Part shown: positions 63,779-64,000 of the stretch, in pieces
Layout of the letters: the number at the start of each line of letters is the position of its first letter
How positions within the stretch are numbered: the first letter of the stretch is position 1
Source of the DNA: Gracilinanus agilis
Lineage: Eukaryota
Reading direction: 5' to 3'
Assembly: GCF_016433145.1 (NCBI RefSeq)
Contig: NC_058135.1
Coordinates: 167,403,055 to 167,467,054 of the forward strand
Length of the DNA stretch: 64,000 nt
Notes under the pieces: model-generated
Databases searched by the model: none
The model's input: only the letters and a program-made list of their open reading frames with translations
Told to the model about the DNA's origin: nothing
Program-made: the position numbers and the translations under genes

Positions 63779-64000
63779 TGAAGTTCCTGGAGCTGATCCC
63801 AATAATGAGTCTGAGGCCAGCAATGCAAAATGCAAAGGGACTTTATTGTCTTAGTTTAAGCTAAGGGTCTCACATCAGAAGGTGGATGTGTGACCCTGAG
63901 CTGTGCTGGGCTGAGTTTTTAAAGGGTAGTAGGCAGCAGGGGGACAGAATAGGGGGATATCTGCAAGGTGGGAGTTCCTGCAGATAAGGGGTATGTCTTC
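63779..64000 (-). mobile_element. Antisense LTR (3' end) inserted in gag, running off the window
   Basis: Begins TGAAG exactly where gag similarity stops; ctttatt at 63841-63847 is AATAAAG on the minus strand. Confidence 0.6.

Overview
Repeat-dense, AT-rich, CpG-depleted mammalian non-coding DNA with three assembly gaps. The SINE tails (SINE-1_MD/SINE1_Mdo-like), MAR1-like SINEs and abundant RTE LINEs point to a didelphid opossum, most likely Monodelphis domestica. These family names come from recalled consensus features, not from a database search. The first ~300 bp are G-rich with CpGs and look like the downstream shore of a CpG island, so the window may be a long first intron. I cannot identify a host gene or support any intact protein-coding gene. 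The ORFs I could assign to anything are TE remnants or N-gap artefacts, and the rest are short and look like chance. Best-supported content: (1) a 5'-intact, internally deleted L1 with a perfect 15-bp TSD; (2) several degraded RTE LINEs of two types; (3) two hAT MITEs with 8-bp TSDs, one inserted into a SINE; (4) a Tigger element with TIRs and TA TSDs; (5) several solo LTRs; (6) the 5' part of a class-I ERV (LTR, tRNA-Arg-like PBS, gag capsid remnant) interrupted by a SINE and an antisense LTR. I see no CRISPR array, tRNA/rRNA gene or convincing novel system. The most interesting leads are the ERV PBS/U5 structure, the TE nesting chronology and a candidate 45-nt exon in a TE-poor block.
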